Origin: a virus
Lineage: Duplodnaviria > Caudoviricetes
Direction: 5' to 3' (one strand)
IMG/VR virus record: IMGVR_UViG_3300019458_000036
Location: 1-63,207 of that record
DNA length: 63,207 bases
Each line of letters starts with the position of its first letter. Position 1 is the stretch's first letter. The notes under the pieces are model-generated. The model had not been told where the DNA came from. It saw only the letters and a list, made by a program, of their open reading frames with translations, and did no database searches. Shown here one piece after another: positions 18,113 to 25,886 of this stretch. Position numbers and translations under genes: made by a program.

Positions 18113-18996
18113 CTCTTTACCTCTCTGAACTTCAGCTCCAGCTGATCTAGCAGCCGGGTGCCGAACTTCTGATAGTCACCGTGCAGGCCCTCAAACTTCT
18201 CGAGGTTGAAAGCCCTTGAGGTGCGCGCGATAAACCGCGGGATAGGCCGCTTGCTGGCGGTGTTGCGGCTTACTATCCCGGGGTAGCGGCCCTCGAGGTA
18301 GCGAACTGTCGCGTCCCAAGCGGCGTAGTCCCGATAACTGGTGCACCCTCCCGGATTTTCGCCGGCCGTGGCCGTCATGAGCTGGTTGAACATCACCACC
18401 TGGTAACCCGAGGTGAGGAGACTTAGCGCGAGGTTGTAGTCGCAGCCCGCCACGATGTCGGGGTGCTGGTAGAACCGGTGCTCGGGATGGAGCCTGAAGT
18501 GCGGAATGTAGAACGCGTAGGCCCAGACCAGCGGCTGGCTCCACAGCACCAGGGCTGCGGGGTCAACGGAGCGGCGTTGGATGGGCGTCAGCGCGGCTGC
18601 CGGAACCTGAGGCCCTAGGAGCGAGGTCCAGCACTCGAGCAGGTCTGACAGCTGGTTGCCCTGACACCTCGGGTACTCCACCTCCACGGTGGAAAAGCGG
18701 GTTCGGAAGGCGAGGTCATCGTCGAGGATGAGCAGTCGCTCTACTTCCTCGGTAACGGCGTGCTCGATTGCCTGGTCATAGACACCGGCAATGCCGCGAG
18801 GGTCACTTGGGCCCAGCACCCGTAGGTCGGCGCCGAACTCGCTGGTGAGATCTCGATAAGCCTCGAGCTGCGGGTCATCGGCGTTGACGATGAAGGTGGG
18901 CTCGTGCTCGTAGACCCACTTGAGAGTTGATCGCGTGGGGTAGCGCCGCAGCCAGTTCGCGCGGTTGCGTGAGGGGATCACGATCTTGAAGCTCAC
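18109..18996 (-). CDS. GT-A glycosyltransferase, GREB1/TET-associated (TAGT) type
   Basis: IVIPSRNRA, LLILDDDL (DxD), DYNLALSLLTSGY, NPGGCTSYR, YPGIV. Confidence 0.8.
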   Translation of the reverse strand: MSFKIVIPSRNRANWLRRYPTRSTLKWVYEHEPTFIVNADDPQLEAYRDLTSEFGADLRVLGPSDPRGIAGVYDQAIEHAVTEEVERLLILDDDLAFRTRFSTVEVEYPRCQGNQLSDLLECWTSLLGPQVPAAALTPIQRRSVDPAALVLWSQPLVWAYAFYIPHFRLHPEHRFYQHPDIVAGCDYNLALSLLTSGYQVVMFNQLMTATAGENPGGCTSYRDYAAWDATVRYLEGRYPGIVSRNTASKRPIPRFIARTSRAFNLEKFEGLHGDYQKFGTRLLDQLELKFREVKR

Positions 18997-19120
18997 TGAA
19001 GCTCTTCCCGTTCGAATTGATTGCACGGACAATTAAACCGGCCGCACTCTCCCATTGGGCCGCGATGAGAAGATTCTGGATCACCGCACTTGCACAGCTC
19101 GCTCATTGTGTTGAGACCTC

Positions 19121-19459
19121 CTAGAAGTTCTTCCCGTGCTTGAAGGGTCTGCGCTTGTTGTACTCCATCTTCGCGATGATGGCCCCGGAGAGATCGAGAT
19201 TCAGGATCCCAGCGAGGTCCAAGATCCGGATCACGGCATCCGCCAGCTCTTCCGTGACCGCGAGATAGTCCGGGATCTTCGAGCTTGATTTTCGGCCGTC
19301 GCCCTCGCGAAGGGCCTCGAGGGCCTCGGAAAGCTCCGAGTGAATTAGCGCGATCTTTTCGCTCGGCAGAATGCCGGTGGGGCCCTGGTGGAATCCGTGG
19401 TCCTCGCTGTTCCGCCACGCCTCGGCTTGAAGACGCCGCATTGCTAGATCGAAGCTCAT
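19121..19459 (-). CDS. MazG-like NTP pyrophosphohydrolase
   Basis: IALIHSELSEALEALR...EELADAVIRILD...KMEYNKRRPFKHGK. Confidence 0.9.
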   Translation of the reverse strand: MSFDLAMRRLQAEAWRNSEDHGFHQGPTGILPSEKIALIHSELSEALEALREGDGRKSSSKIPDYLAVTEELADAVIRILDLAGILNLDLSGAIIAKMEYNKRRPFKHGKNF

Positions 19460-19460
19460 G

Positions 19461-20021
19461 TTAGTCTCCCGTGATAAGTCGGTAGGTCTTTGCCTCGGTG
19501 CGCTCAATCCACTTGAAGTCATAGATGCGATAGCCATACTCGTTGAGCTCCTTCCGGGCGCGGTCGAGAATCTCTTGGCGTAGTCCCTTTTGCTCCTCGA
19601 CGCTCAGCAGGTCATCGAGCGGCCGGCGGATGATGGTTTCCGCTATGGCTGACCGAAGCGCGGCCGATACGGCGCGGTCCTCGTCGCCGAGAGTGGTTTG
19701 CCAGATGACGACCTTCTCAGGCAAGATGCTGAGCCGAAAGAAGCCCGTCACGCGGACTTTCTTCCCGTCGGCGGTCTGTAAATCTTGCGCCCAGAGCGTT
19801 ACCAGCTCGTGGCGTGTCGAGGTGTTGTCCTCGAGCTCAATCCACAGGGGCCACTTGAGGTGCAGGCCGGTCCTGAAGAAGCCCGGCTCTCCGGGCCTGA
19901 TGACCCTCGTGGCGTTGCCGAGAAGATACACGACGGTAAGGGTACCTTCGCGCACGGGGATAACCCAAAATCGGAAGAGGTCAACGAAGTTGATGAGGAG
20001 CTCTACGAGCTTGTCAAACAT
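19461..20021 (-). CDS. SPFH/Band-7 domain protein
   Basis: GLHLKWPL, QDLQTADGKKVRV, ALRSAIAE, ELNEYGYRI. Confidence 0.75.
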   Translation of the reverse strand: MFDKLVELLINFVDLFRFWVIPVREGTLTVVYLLGNATRVIRPGEPGFFRTGLHLKWPLWIELEDNTSTRHELVTLWAQDLQTADGKKVRVTGFFRLSILPEKVVIWQTTLGDEDRAVSAALRSAIAETIIRRPLDDLLSVEEQKGLRQEILDRARKELNEYGYRIYDFKWIERTEAKTYRLITGD

Positions 20022-20331
20022 CGGGCAGCTCTTCCAAGATGAAGGAGCTTTCAAAGATTAGCCCCGATTGCGACTGCCGCACCTCTGCATTTTTCTTTGT
20101 TGCAAACGGGCCTTCTACGAAGTACTTGTCGCCCAGAGAGTAGTACAACATGAAGTTCATCGGAGGGTCGCGCAGCATCTCGCGATTTTTTCTTGCCGCG
20201 GAAGCTAGCCTTCTCGTGATATCCTTCCCTTGCGCCTCCGCCTCTTCCCGCGAGGCAAAAGGTCCCGCCTTGAAGTCCTCTTCATCTGTAGAGAAATACA
20301 ACATGAAACTCATGGGTATCCTTTCGGACAA
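20014..20331 (-). CDS. Hypothetical protein with internal tandem domain duplication
   Basis: PM(S/N)FMLY.S......GPFA....AE occurs twice. Confidence 0.55.
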   Translation of the reverse strand: MSERIPMSFMLYFSTDEEDFKAGPFASREEAEAQGKDITRRLASAARKNREMLRDPPMNFMLYYSLGDKYFVEGPFATKKNAEVRQSQSGLIFESSFILEELPDV

Positions 20332-20579
20332 TGATCACAGGTGCAGGCGGGCTTCTCGTTGAGCCTTGGGGCATCTGTGACGGCTATGCTTATCAAGATC
20401 ACGGCGAGGGCCGTGAAGCCCAGCAACATGACGAGCTCATGTGTTTTCATTTCTCAGCTCCATTTCCAGCTCAGCCCAACCACAAGCTTCACAGGAAGCC
20501 GGGCCGCATTGAATCCCGCCAACCCCGATGTCGATCTCCGGAAACTCGGCATCGGCTCCACAGCTCGGGCACTGCACGA

Positions 20580-20849
20580 TCACGTCTGCTCGAACTTTCC
20601 CAGTTTTGGGTTCCATTTGAGCTCCCCTTCATCGTAAGCACGTCGCTTGCGCCGGTGCACTTGGCCGCCCTCGATGATCAACGTGACGCTGTCGATGTTG
20701 CTCAGGTGGCCACCGGCCGCCTTAGGCGAGAAGCCCGGGATACGGGCAACGGCTAGCGTTTGTCGAGAGTATTCATCGAGCACCTCGCTATCTTGGTAGC
20801 CCATCTCGTCCTCCTCAAAGTTCGCGTGCTGGAGGTATGCGCGACCCAC
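20580..20849 (-). CDS. Hypothetical protein
   Basis: 89-aa ORF in the operon. Confidence 0.5.
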   Translation of the reverse strand: MGRAYLQHANFEEDEMGYQDSEVLDEYSRQTLAVARIPGFSPKAAGGHLSNIDSVTLIIEGGQVHRRKRRAYDEGELKWNPKLGKFEQT

Positions 20850-20861
20850 CTCGGTCCCGGC

Positions 20862-21617
20862 CTAGTACTCCTTGGTTTCCGAGAGCACCTCGGCGTCTTC
20901 CGACTCCTCGCGGTCGATGACCACCTGGCGGTCCCTCATCGACTCGTAGAAGGCCTGCGCCTGCTCGTAGAGGGTCTCATTGACCCAGCCCGGGAGGCCA
21001 CCCTTCAACGTGACACCCGCGTTCTTCACGATGTACACCGCATAGGTGAACCCCTTCTTGCTGGTCTCCATCCTCGAGGTGAGCTCATAGAGCCCGGCAA
21101 ATGAGGGACCACCGCGAAACTTCATGAGCGAGTTGAGGGCCTTGGCGACCGACACCGCCGACCCCTTGAGGGAGAGGGCAACGGGCTCGAAGGCCTCGGT
21201 TGCGGGGTCGACGCGCAGCGCGATGAAGTCGTAGAACTTGACCGCAGTGGGCTTCTCGCCACGGGGCCCGAACATCAGTCGAGGGTCATTCAGCGGCACG
21301 TTGAGGTCCTTGATGCCGCCTCCCTCCTCGAGCGGGAAGAACTCCACGCCCCGGGGCCTGTCGGCCCGCACCACCGTAAAGTAGATAGGTCCCTTGCCGT
21401 AGTTTTGCCCGGTCAGCGAGTTGAACATCTCGCCCTGCTTGAGGCCCGCGATGTACTTCGAGCTCGACTCCACCATCTGCGGAGATAGCGGTTGGGCGAG
21501 CCCGATGCGCGGCATTTGAAGGTCATCTTTGGTAATGTGCTCCGTGCCGCGAGCGTCGTTAGCCTTGAGAAATGAGGGAACCAGTGCTTCGCTGGAAACT
21601 ACTAGGTCATTCGCCAT
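20862..21617 (-). CDS. Putative single-stranded DNA-binding protein
   Basis: 251 aa. GTEHITKDDLQMPRIGLAQPLSPQ N-terminus, acidic C-terminal tail, strong AAGGAAG RBS, replication module. Confidence 0.65.
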   Translation of the reverse strand: MANDLVVSSEALVPSFLKANDARGTEHITKDDLQMPRIGLAQPLSPQMVESSSKYIAGLKQGEMFNSLTGQNYGKGPIYFTVVRADRPRGVEFFPLEEGGGIKDLNVPLNDPRLMFGPRGEKPTAVKFYDFIALRVDPATEAFEPVALSLKGSAVSVAKALNSLMKFRGGPSFAGLYELTSRMETSKKGFTYAVYIVKNAGVTLKGGLPGWVNETLYEQAQAFYESMRDRQVVIDREESEDAEVLSETKEY

Positions 21618-21638
21618 GTTGCTTCCTTTCTTTTGTTT

Positions 21639-21926
21639 TTAACAGCCGCCCTTGATGAAGGCGGTTTTCATGACCCGGTAAGCGTCACCCCACGATGATC
21701 GTGAGGCAGCCGCTATGAGGTCAAGCTGACAGCGCAACTTGATGAGCTCCTGCTCGCGACCTTCAAGTCGTTGCTGAAGCTGCGCAATGATCACGGATTG
21801 GGCGTGCAGCGAGTCATTTGTCCGGCGCTCATTCTCGACCAGCTGCTCATTGAGGCTCTGTTGCTCCCGGGCAACGAGGGTGAGCACGAAGGTGAGAACA
21901 ACGAGGAGACCGGTAACGGCTCTCAT
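21639..21926 (-). CDS. Membrane-anchored coiled-coil protein
   Basis: N-terminal hydrophobic helix followed by heptad-rich sequence. Confidence 0.55.
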   Translation of the reverse strand: MRAVTGLLVVLTFVLTLVAREQQSLNEQLVENERRTNDSLHAQSVIIAQLQQRLEGREQELIKLRCQLDLIAAASRSSWGDAYRVMKTAFIKGGC

Positions 21927-22420
21927 TGGCTCCTCAGCACGAGCTTAGCCCTGACGTAGGCCTCGACACCCTCGGGAAGGGGCTTACCGTCAAGAAGCAA
22001 CTCCTTCACAAGGGAGGCCAGGGTCCCGGAATGCGGCGCCAAGGCCTCCTCCATACCGTTGGCGACAAACCAGCGCCGCAGAGCCTCGCGGTCCTTGACC
22101 TGCGGAATGGGGAGCAGCTCAACGGAGACTGACTGCCCGGTTTCCGCGACGCGAACCTTCGTGATTCCGGCCTCTTCATATGCCTCGATGAGGAGCTCCG
22201 TGACAGCCAGCAGCTCCTCGTTGATCGGCTTCAGCAGCTCTTCGACGGCGTCCTTCTGCTCGCGTACCTGCACGTAGCGCCGAGAGAGGGTAGCTGGGGT
22301 AGCTTCACCCGCGTTGGCGAGCTTTGACTTCAGCGCGTCGACGCGCTGACGCCCCTCGGAGCGGTCTTCGGTTTGCGGCTCTCGCTGCAAGCCTCTGTTC
22401 ACCTCGTCATATTTACCCAT
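21923..22420 (-). CDS. Conserved phage replication-module coiled-coil protein
   Basis: 165 aa. VKDREALRRW...TLASLVKELLLDGKPLPEGV pattern typical of genes next to phage SSB. Confidence 0.65.
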   Translation of the reverse strand: MGKYDEVNRGLQREPQTEDRSEGRQRVDALKSKLANAGEATPATLSRRYVQVREQKDAVEELLKPINEELLAVTELLIEAYEEAGITKVRVAETGQSVSVELLPIPQVKDREALRRWFVANGMEEALAPHSGTLASLVKELLLDGKPLPEGVEAYVRAKLVLRSQ

Positions 22421-22433
22421 CGTGTTCTCCTTT

Positions 22434-22790
22434 TTATAGGCAGACGGCTAGGCAGGTGCAGCAGGGCTTGGCGCACCACTTCGTGCATTTCGCTTGTGTG
22501 CCGTGCTCGTCACACGGGTTCTCCTCGCCCTCTTCAGCGGCCTTCGCACAGTGATCCCCTTGGCACTGGTAGCCGGGGATGCCCTCGGGCGTTCCCTTGG
22601 GCCGCGCGCCCTCATAGCCTTTCGGGTAACAGTAGCTCTTGCACTCGGCCGGGTTGTTGGTGTGCTCGTTCTCGTTTTCCTGAGTGAGACCATTTTTCCC
22701 AATCGCGAAGAGAGCTATGACGATCGTCACTACCCCAAAGGCCCGGATAAATTCCCAAACAAGTTCGGTGATTGTTGCGCTGAACTTCAT
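22434..22790 (-). CDS. Membrane-anchored Cys-rich protein
   Basis: TM segment then about 12 Cys, ending CTKWCAKPCCTCLAVCL. AAGGAG RBS. Confidence 0.6.
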   Translation of the reverse strand: MKFSATITELVWEFIRAFGVVTIVIALFAIGKNGLTQENENEHTNNPAECKSYCYPKGYEGARPKGTPEGIPGYQCQGDHCAKAAEEGEENPCDEHGTQAKCTKWCAKPCCTCLAVCL

Positions 22791-22871
22791 GGTTGCTGCT
22801 CCTTTTCTCGGAGGTCAGGGTGGTAGCTGGAATCGCGCGTGACTGCGTCATACATTCCCACTGTCGTCTCC

Positions 22872-23187
22872 TTACGATTTCGGATTGGGGATCTTGTGAT
22901 CCATGCGGTGGTTCTTCACGGCGCGTGCGGACAGCGTGAAGAGACGATTGCGGACTCGCGGTCACGATCTCCGCCACGTCGTCCGGTTCGCATCCGGACG
23001 ATCCGATCGTGGGCGATTCGACTACTACATCATCGCGCTCGAGCAGAGCCGACAGGATCAACCGGAACTCGTCGCGGGGCGTCTTACCGCCCGGGACGCG
23101 GGGGAGCTGAAGGGAGCTTTTCGAGATCGGCCCATCGGGGCCGAAGATGGCGAGTGCTGCTCCAGTACCGAAGTCGATGGCGATCAT
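22872..23187 (-). pseudogene. Frameshifted and truncated RuvC/RNase H-fold nuclease-like gene
   Basis: MIAIDFG and DVVVESPT resemble RuvC motifs I and II. A frame change near 22950 gives NRLFTLSARAVKNHRMDHKIPNPKS-stop. AAGGAA RBS. Confidence 0.55.
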
Positions 23188-23218
23188 GGGTGCGTTCCTT
23201 TCTTTTAGGGCCGGGCGA

Positions 23219-23346
23219 GTCTGTCGTGGCCTTTTCGGCGTGCTATGTGTCCTTTTCGGAGTTAGGCGTGGCCTTTGCGGCGTATACAGTGTCCTTTTCG
23301 GAGTTCATAGTGGCCTTTGCGGCGTACCGAGTGTCCTTTTCGGAGT
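23219..23346 (-). repeat. Array of six 21-nt units: alternating 16-nt hairpin repeats with 5-nt variable spacers
   Basis: Minus strand: ACTCCGAAAAGGACAC and ACGCCG(C/A)AAAGGCCAC alternate, separated by TCGGT, TATGA, TGTAT, GCCTA, ATAGC, GACAG. Confidence 0.92.
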
Positions 23347-23355
23347 CACGAATCT

Positions 23356-23384
23356 ATTGTATCTCAAGTTAAAATTTTTGTCAA
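23356..23384 (-). promoter_or_regulatory. sigma70-type promoter driving the repeat array
   Basis: TTGACA-N17-TACAAT, about 10 nt upstream of the first repeat. Confidence 0.85.
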
Positions 23385-23393
23385 GAGAAATTT

Positions 23394-24428
23394 TTAATGG
23401 CGCGCGGCTTCGTCGACGTACACGGGCGTCGTCCACGTGCGGCCCCTGTGCTCGTCGATCACGGTGAAGGTTTGCCGAGGCGGTTCCGGTGACGCCTTGA
23501 TGGAAAGGGCGTACGCGTTGTACCCGATTAGCGATCCATTCGCCATGAACTTGCCGCCGTCCAAGTACTGGTGGAAGTGCCCGAAGAAATCGACATCAGC
23601 GCGACGCCCTTTGTCCCATTCGGCGATGGCCTTGTTGACGGGAATGGTGATACCGCCAATCCCTCCGTGGTACATTACGGCGTGCCCATGATGAAAACGC
23701 ACCGACACACCGAAGACGTTGAGGTATGAGTGGTAGGACTTCGGTGTGATGAACGTGACGCGGTCATCCTTGCTGAAGGCCCGGGCGAGTGAACGGTACA
23801 TCAGATACTCCAGCGAATGGCCGTGCTCTTGAGCGAAATGGATGCGCCTGGTGACCCGCCCGTGGTTGCCAGAGTGGCAGATCACGGTGAGCTTTCGTTC
23901 CTCGCCGCGATCGAGAAGGTGTGCGATGCCCGAGGCTAGAAGATCCTGCGCGAACTCGGCGGCCTCCATCGGCCGGAGAGCGCAGTTCTCGGCGCTATCC
24001 TCGTGAAGGTTGTTCGTGATGAAGTCGCCGCCGAGGAAGAGCACTGTCTGCTGAAAGTCAAGGGTCGGCTCCAGGATCTTAATGAGCCGCGCTTGCGTGG
24101 CGAAAAAATTCTTCCCTCGCCGCTCCGCGACATCGGGGTTGAACACGTTCAACCCGGAGACCGATTCCGGCGTAACGATCTCCTCGACGTGCCAATCGCT
24201 TGCCACGAGGATAGCCACTCCCCGCGTCTTATTGGTCCTGGGCTCCTGAGGCTCGATGTCCTCGGCCACGGGACGCCCGAGAGTGTCGATGGCGTCTAAC
24301 TGAGTTTTGAGCTCAGCTGCTTCGCGTTGAGCTTCGTCCCGTTGTCGCCGCAGGTCACGGCTTTCTTTCTGAAGCAACTCCCTCTCGCTAGGCTTCAGCG
24401 TTTGTCGGGCTAACTCTCTTGGGTCCAC
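23394..24428 (-). CDS. Calcineurin-like metallophosphoesterase with N-terminal coiled coil
   Basis: SDWH, GGDF, SGNHG, FHHGH, GHFHQ, NGSLIG. Confidence 0.9.
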   Translation of the reverse strand: MDPRELARQTLKPSERELLQKESRDLRRQRDEAQREAAELKTQLDAIDTLGRPVAEDIEPQEPRTNKTRGVAILVASDWHVEEIVTPESVSGLNVFNPDVAERRGKNFFATQARLIKILEPTLDFQQTVLFLGGDFITNNLHEDSAENCALRPMEAAEFAQDLLASGIAHLLDRGEERKLTVICHSGNHGRVTRRIHFAQEHGHSLEYLMYRSLARAFSKDDRVTFITPKSYHSYLNVFGVSVRFHHGHAVMYHGGIGGITIPVNKAIAEWDKGRRADVDFFGHFHQYLDGGKFMANGSLIGYNAYALSIKASPEPPRQTFTVIDEHRGRTWTTPVYVDEAARH

Positions 24429-24688
24429 GGCTCCACTCCTTCAGCTGCTCTTGCTTTGCAGCCGGCGCACTCGTCTCTGAGATGGATTCGGATCACGTCA
24501 AGCGAAACGGCAACCCCCATACCTTGCATCTTTTCCTTGACCCTTGTCCCCACGACCTCGTGACCGGCTTGCCGATACTCGTTGAGGGCTTTCCAGAACT
24601 CGAGGGCATCTCCACTCAATCGAGCCACGAAACACTTCTTGTTGCTGTGCATCACGGTGCACTCCTCTAGCAGCGCTTTGATGTTCAC
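24410..24688 (-). CDS. Hypothetical protein
   Basis: 92 aa, C...HLRDECAGC putative metal site. Confidence 0.55.
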   Translation of the reverse strand: MNIKALLEECTVMHSNKKCFVARLSGDALEFWKALNEYRQAGHEVVGTRVKEKMQGMGVAVSLDVIRIHLRDECAGCKARAAEGVEPWTQES

Positions 24689-25101
24689 GGGGCTTTCCCT
24701 TCTACTTTGGCGGAAAAATACTCCAGGAGCAAAGCCGCTGAGCCCTCAGTTGGCCGGTCATCGAGGATGTTTCCCTTTTCGATGGCGTCAAGAAGAATCG
24801 CTGCATCTGCGATGACGTGGCCGAGGTGATGCACACCAGAGTCTTTGGCGATGTTCTCGCCATCGATGAGAGCATAGACATGCCGCAGCAGCGCATGGAG
24901 ATAGACCATGTAAGAAACTTCAGCGGACTCGCGGAAGTTGAACTCTCCATACTTCTCGGCCCCGTAGGCCATGGCCCGGGCACCGTGGATGACGCCGGCA
25001 GCAGGGACGAGGGCAAGCGGAACTCGCTTGTGCCCGATAGCGTGCTTGGCGTTTGCTGTCGTCACTTTTTCTTTCATGTCCGCGGTTTTATCGAAGGTCA
25101 T
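24685..25101 (-). CDS. dATP/dGTP diphosphohydrolase (DUF5664-type)
   Basis: KRVPLALVP...MAYGAEKYGEFNFR...ALLRH...GENIAKDSGVHHLGH. Confidence 0.88.
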   Translation of the reverse strand: MTFDKTADMKEKVTTANAKHAIGHKRVPLALVPAAGVIHGARAMAYGAEKYGEFNFRESAEVSYMVYLHALLRHVYALIDGENIAKDSGVHHLGHVIADAAILLDAIEKGNILDDRPTEGSAALLLEYFSAKVEGKAP

Positions 25102-25357
25102 TACCCTTTTGTTCCCTCCACCAGCAGATGAGCGCGAGAGCCGCCACTTTCAACCAAGGGATTGCAATTCGACTCTGGTCATAGTCGCGCCAGTAGGTTG
25201 TGTAGCACGCCCATGTCTTGTCCTCCTGGCCATCTCGAGGGCGACTTTTCCATTCGCTGCCCTCCTCCTCGAGCACATCTTTGAGGCAGGCAACGAACTC
25301 CGGCAGTGCCTCGGTAACGAGTGTGTTGGTTTTGACGGTCTTTTTCTTCACGAGCAA
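25088..25357 (-). CDS. Hypothetical protein
   Basis: 89-aa ORF overlapping its neighbours in the operon. Confidence 0.5.
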   Translation of the reverse strand: MLVKKKTVKTNTLVTEALPEFVACLKDVLEEEGSEWKSRPRDGQEDKTWACYTTYWRDYDQSRIAIPWLKVAALALICWWREQKGNDLR

Positions 25358-25886
25358 CCCCCTAGGTGGTCAAAGTGGTGACGCTGCAAGTGCCACTTGG
25401 CTCGCGAGTGGTTGAAATTCAGCGAGGAGAGAACGGGCGGTGGCCCGAAGCCCGGCCCTCGAGGGTCAAACTCCGCGTGACAGATGGTCACGAGCTCCTC
25501 GGGCCGGTACCAGCCAATCGGGTCGCCCGGTACCCGTGCTCCGCAACCGATCGTCAGCAGAGTCATTCCCGCCAAGAAGGCCATCAGAGCGAGTATCCAC
25601 AGGAGCGCGTACAGGCATCCCTTCACTTTTTCAGCTCCTTCACAAAGCAAGACATGAGACGATCGTAGGCGCGCCGGCCATGGACCATTAGCAGGGTTAG
25701 CCCCGCCAGTAAGACCGTCGAGGCAAGGATCCATAAAAATTCTCTCACTGCTTCAGCTCCTCGCAAGTTGGACACGGCCCAATTTCTGAATCCATGAGCC
25801 ATGCGGCGATATGGAGCAATCGATGGCATGCGCGAGTCGCGACTCCGGCGGCTAGCGCCAAGATGAACCCGAGCACCCACCTCACG

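Noticed and set aside
23219-23346. CRISPR array
   Set aside because: Repeats are 16 nt of two alternating types with 5-nt spacers, far too short for CRISPR, and no cas genes are present.
24685-25101. 2-aminoadenine (Z-genome) or 7-deazaguanine pathway
   Set aside because: A dATP/dGTP diphosphohydrolase is present, but no PurZ, QueC/D/E, FolE or DpdA-like gene is recognisable. The rSAM enzyme is SPASM-type, not QueE-like.
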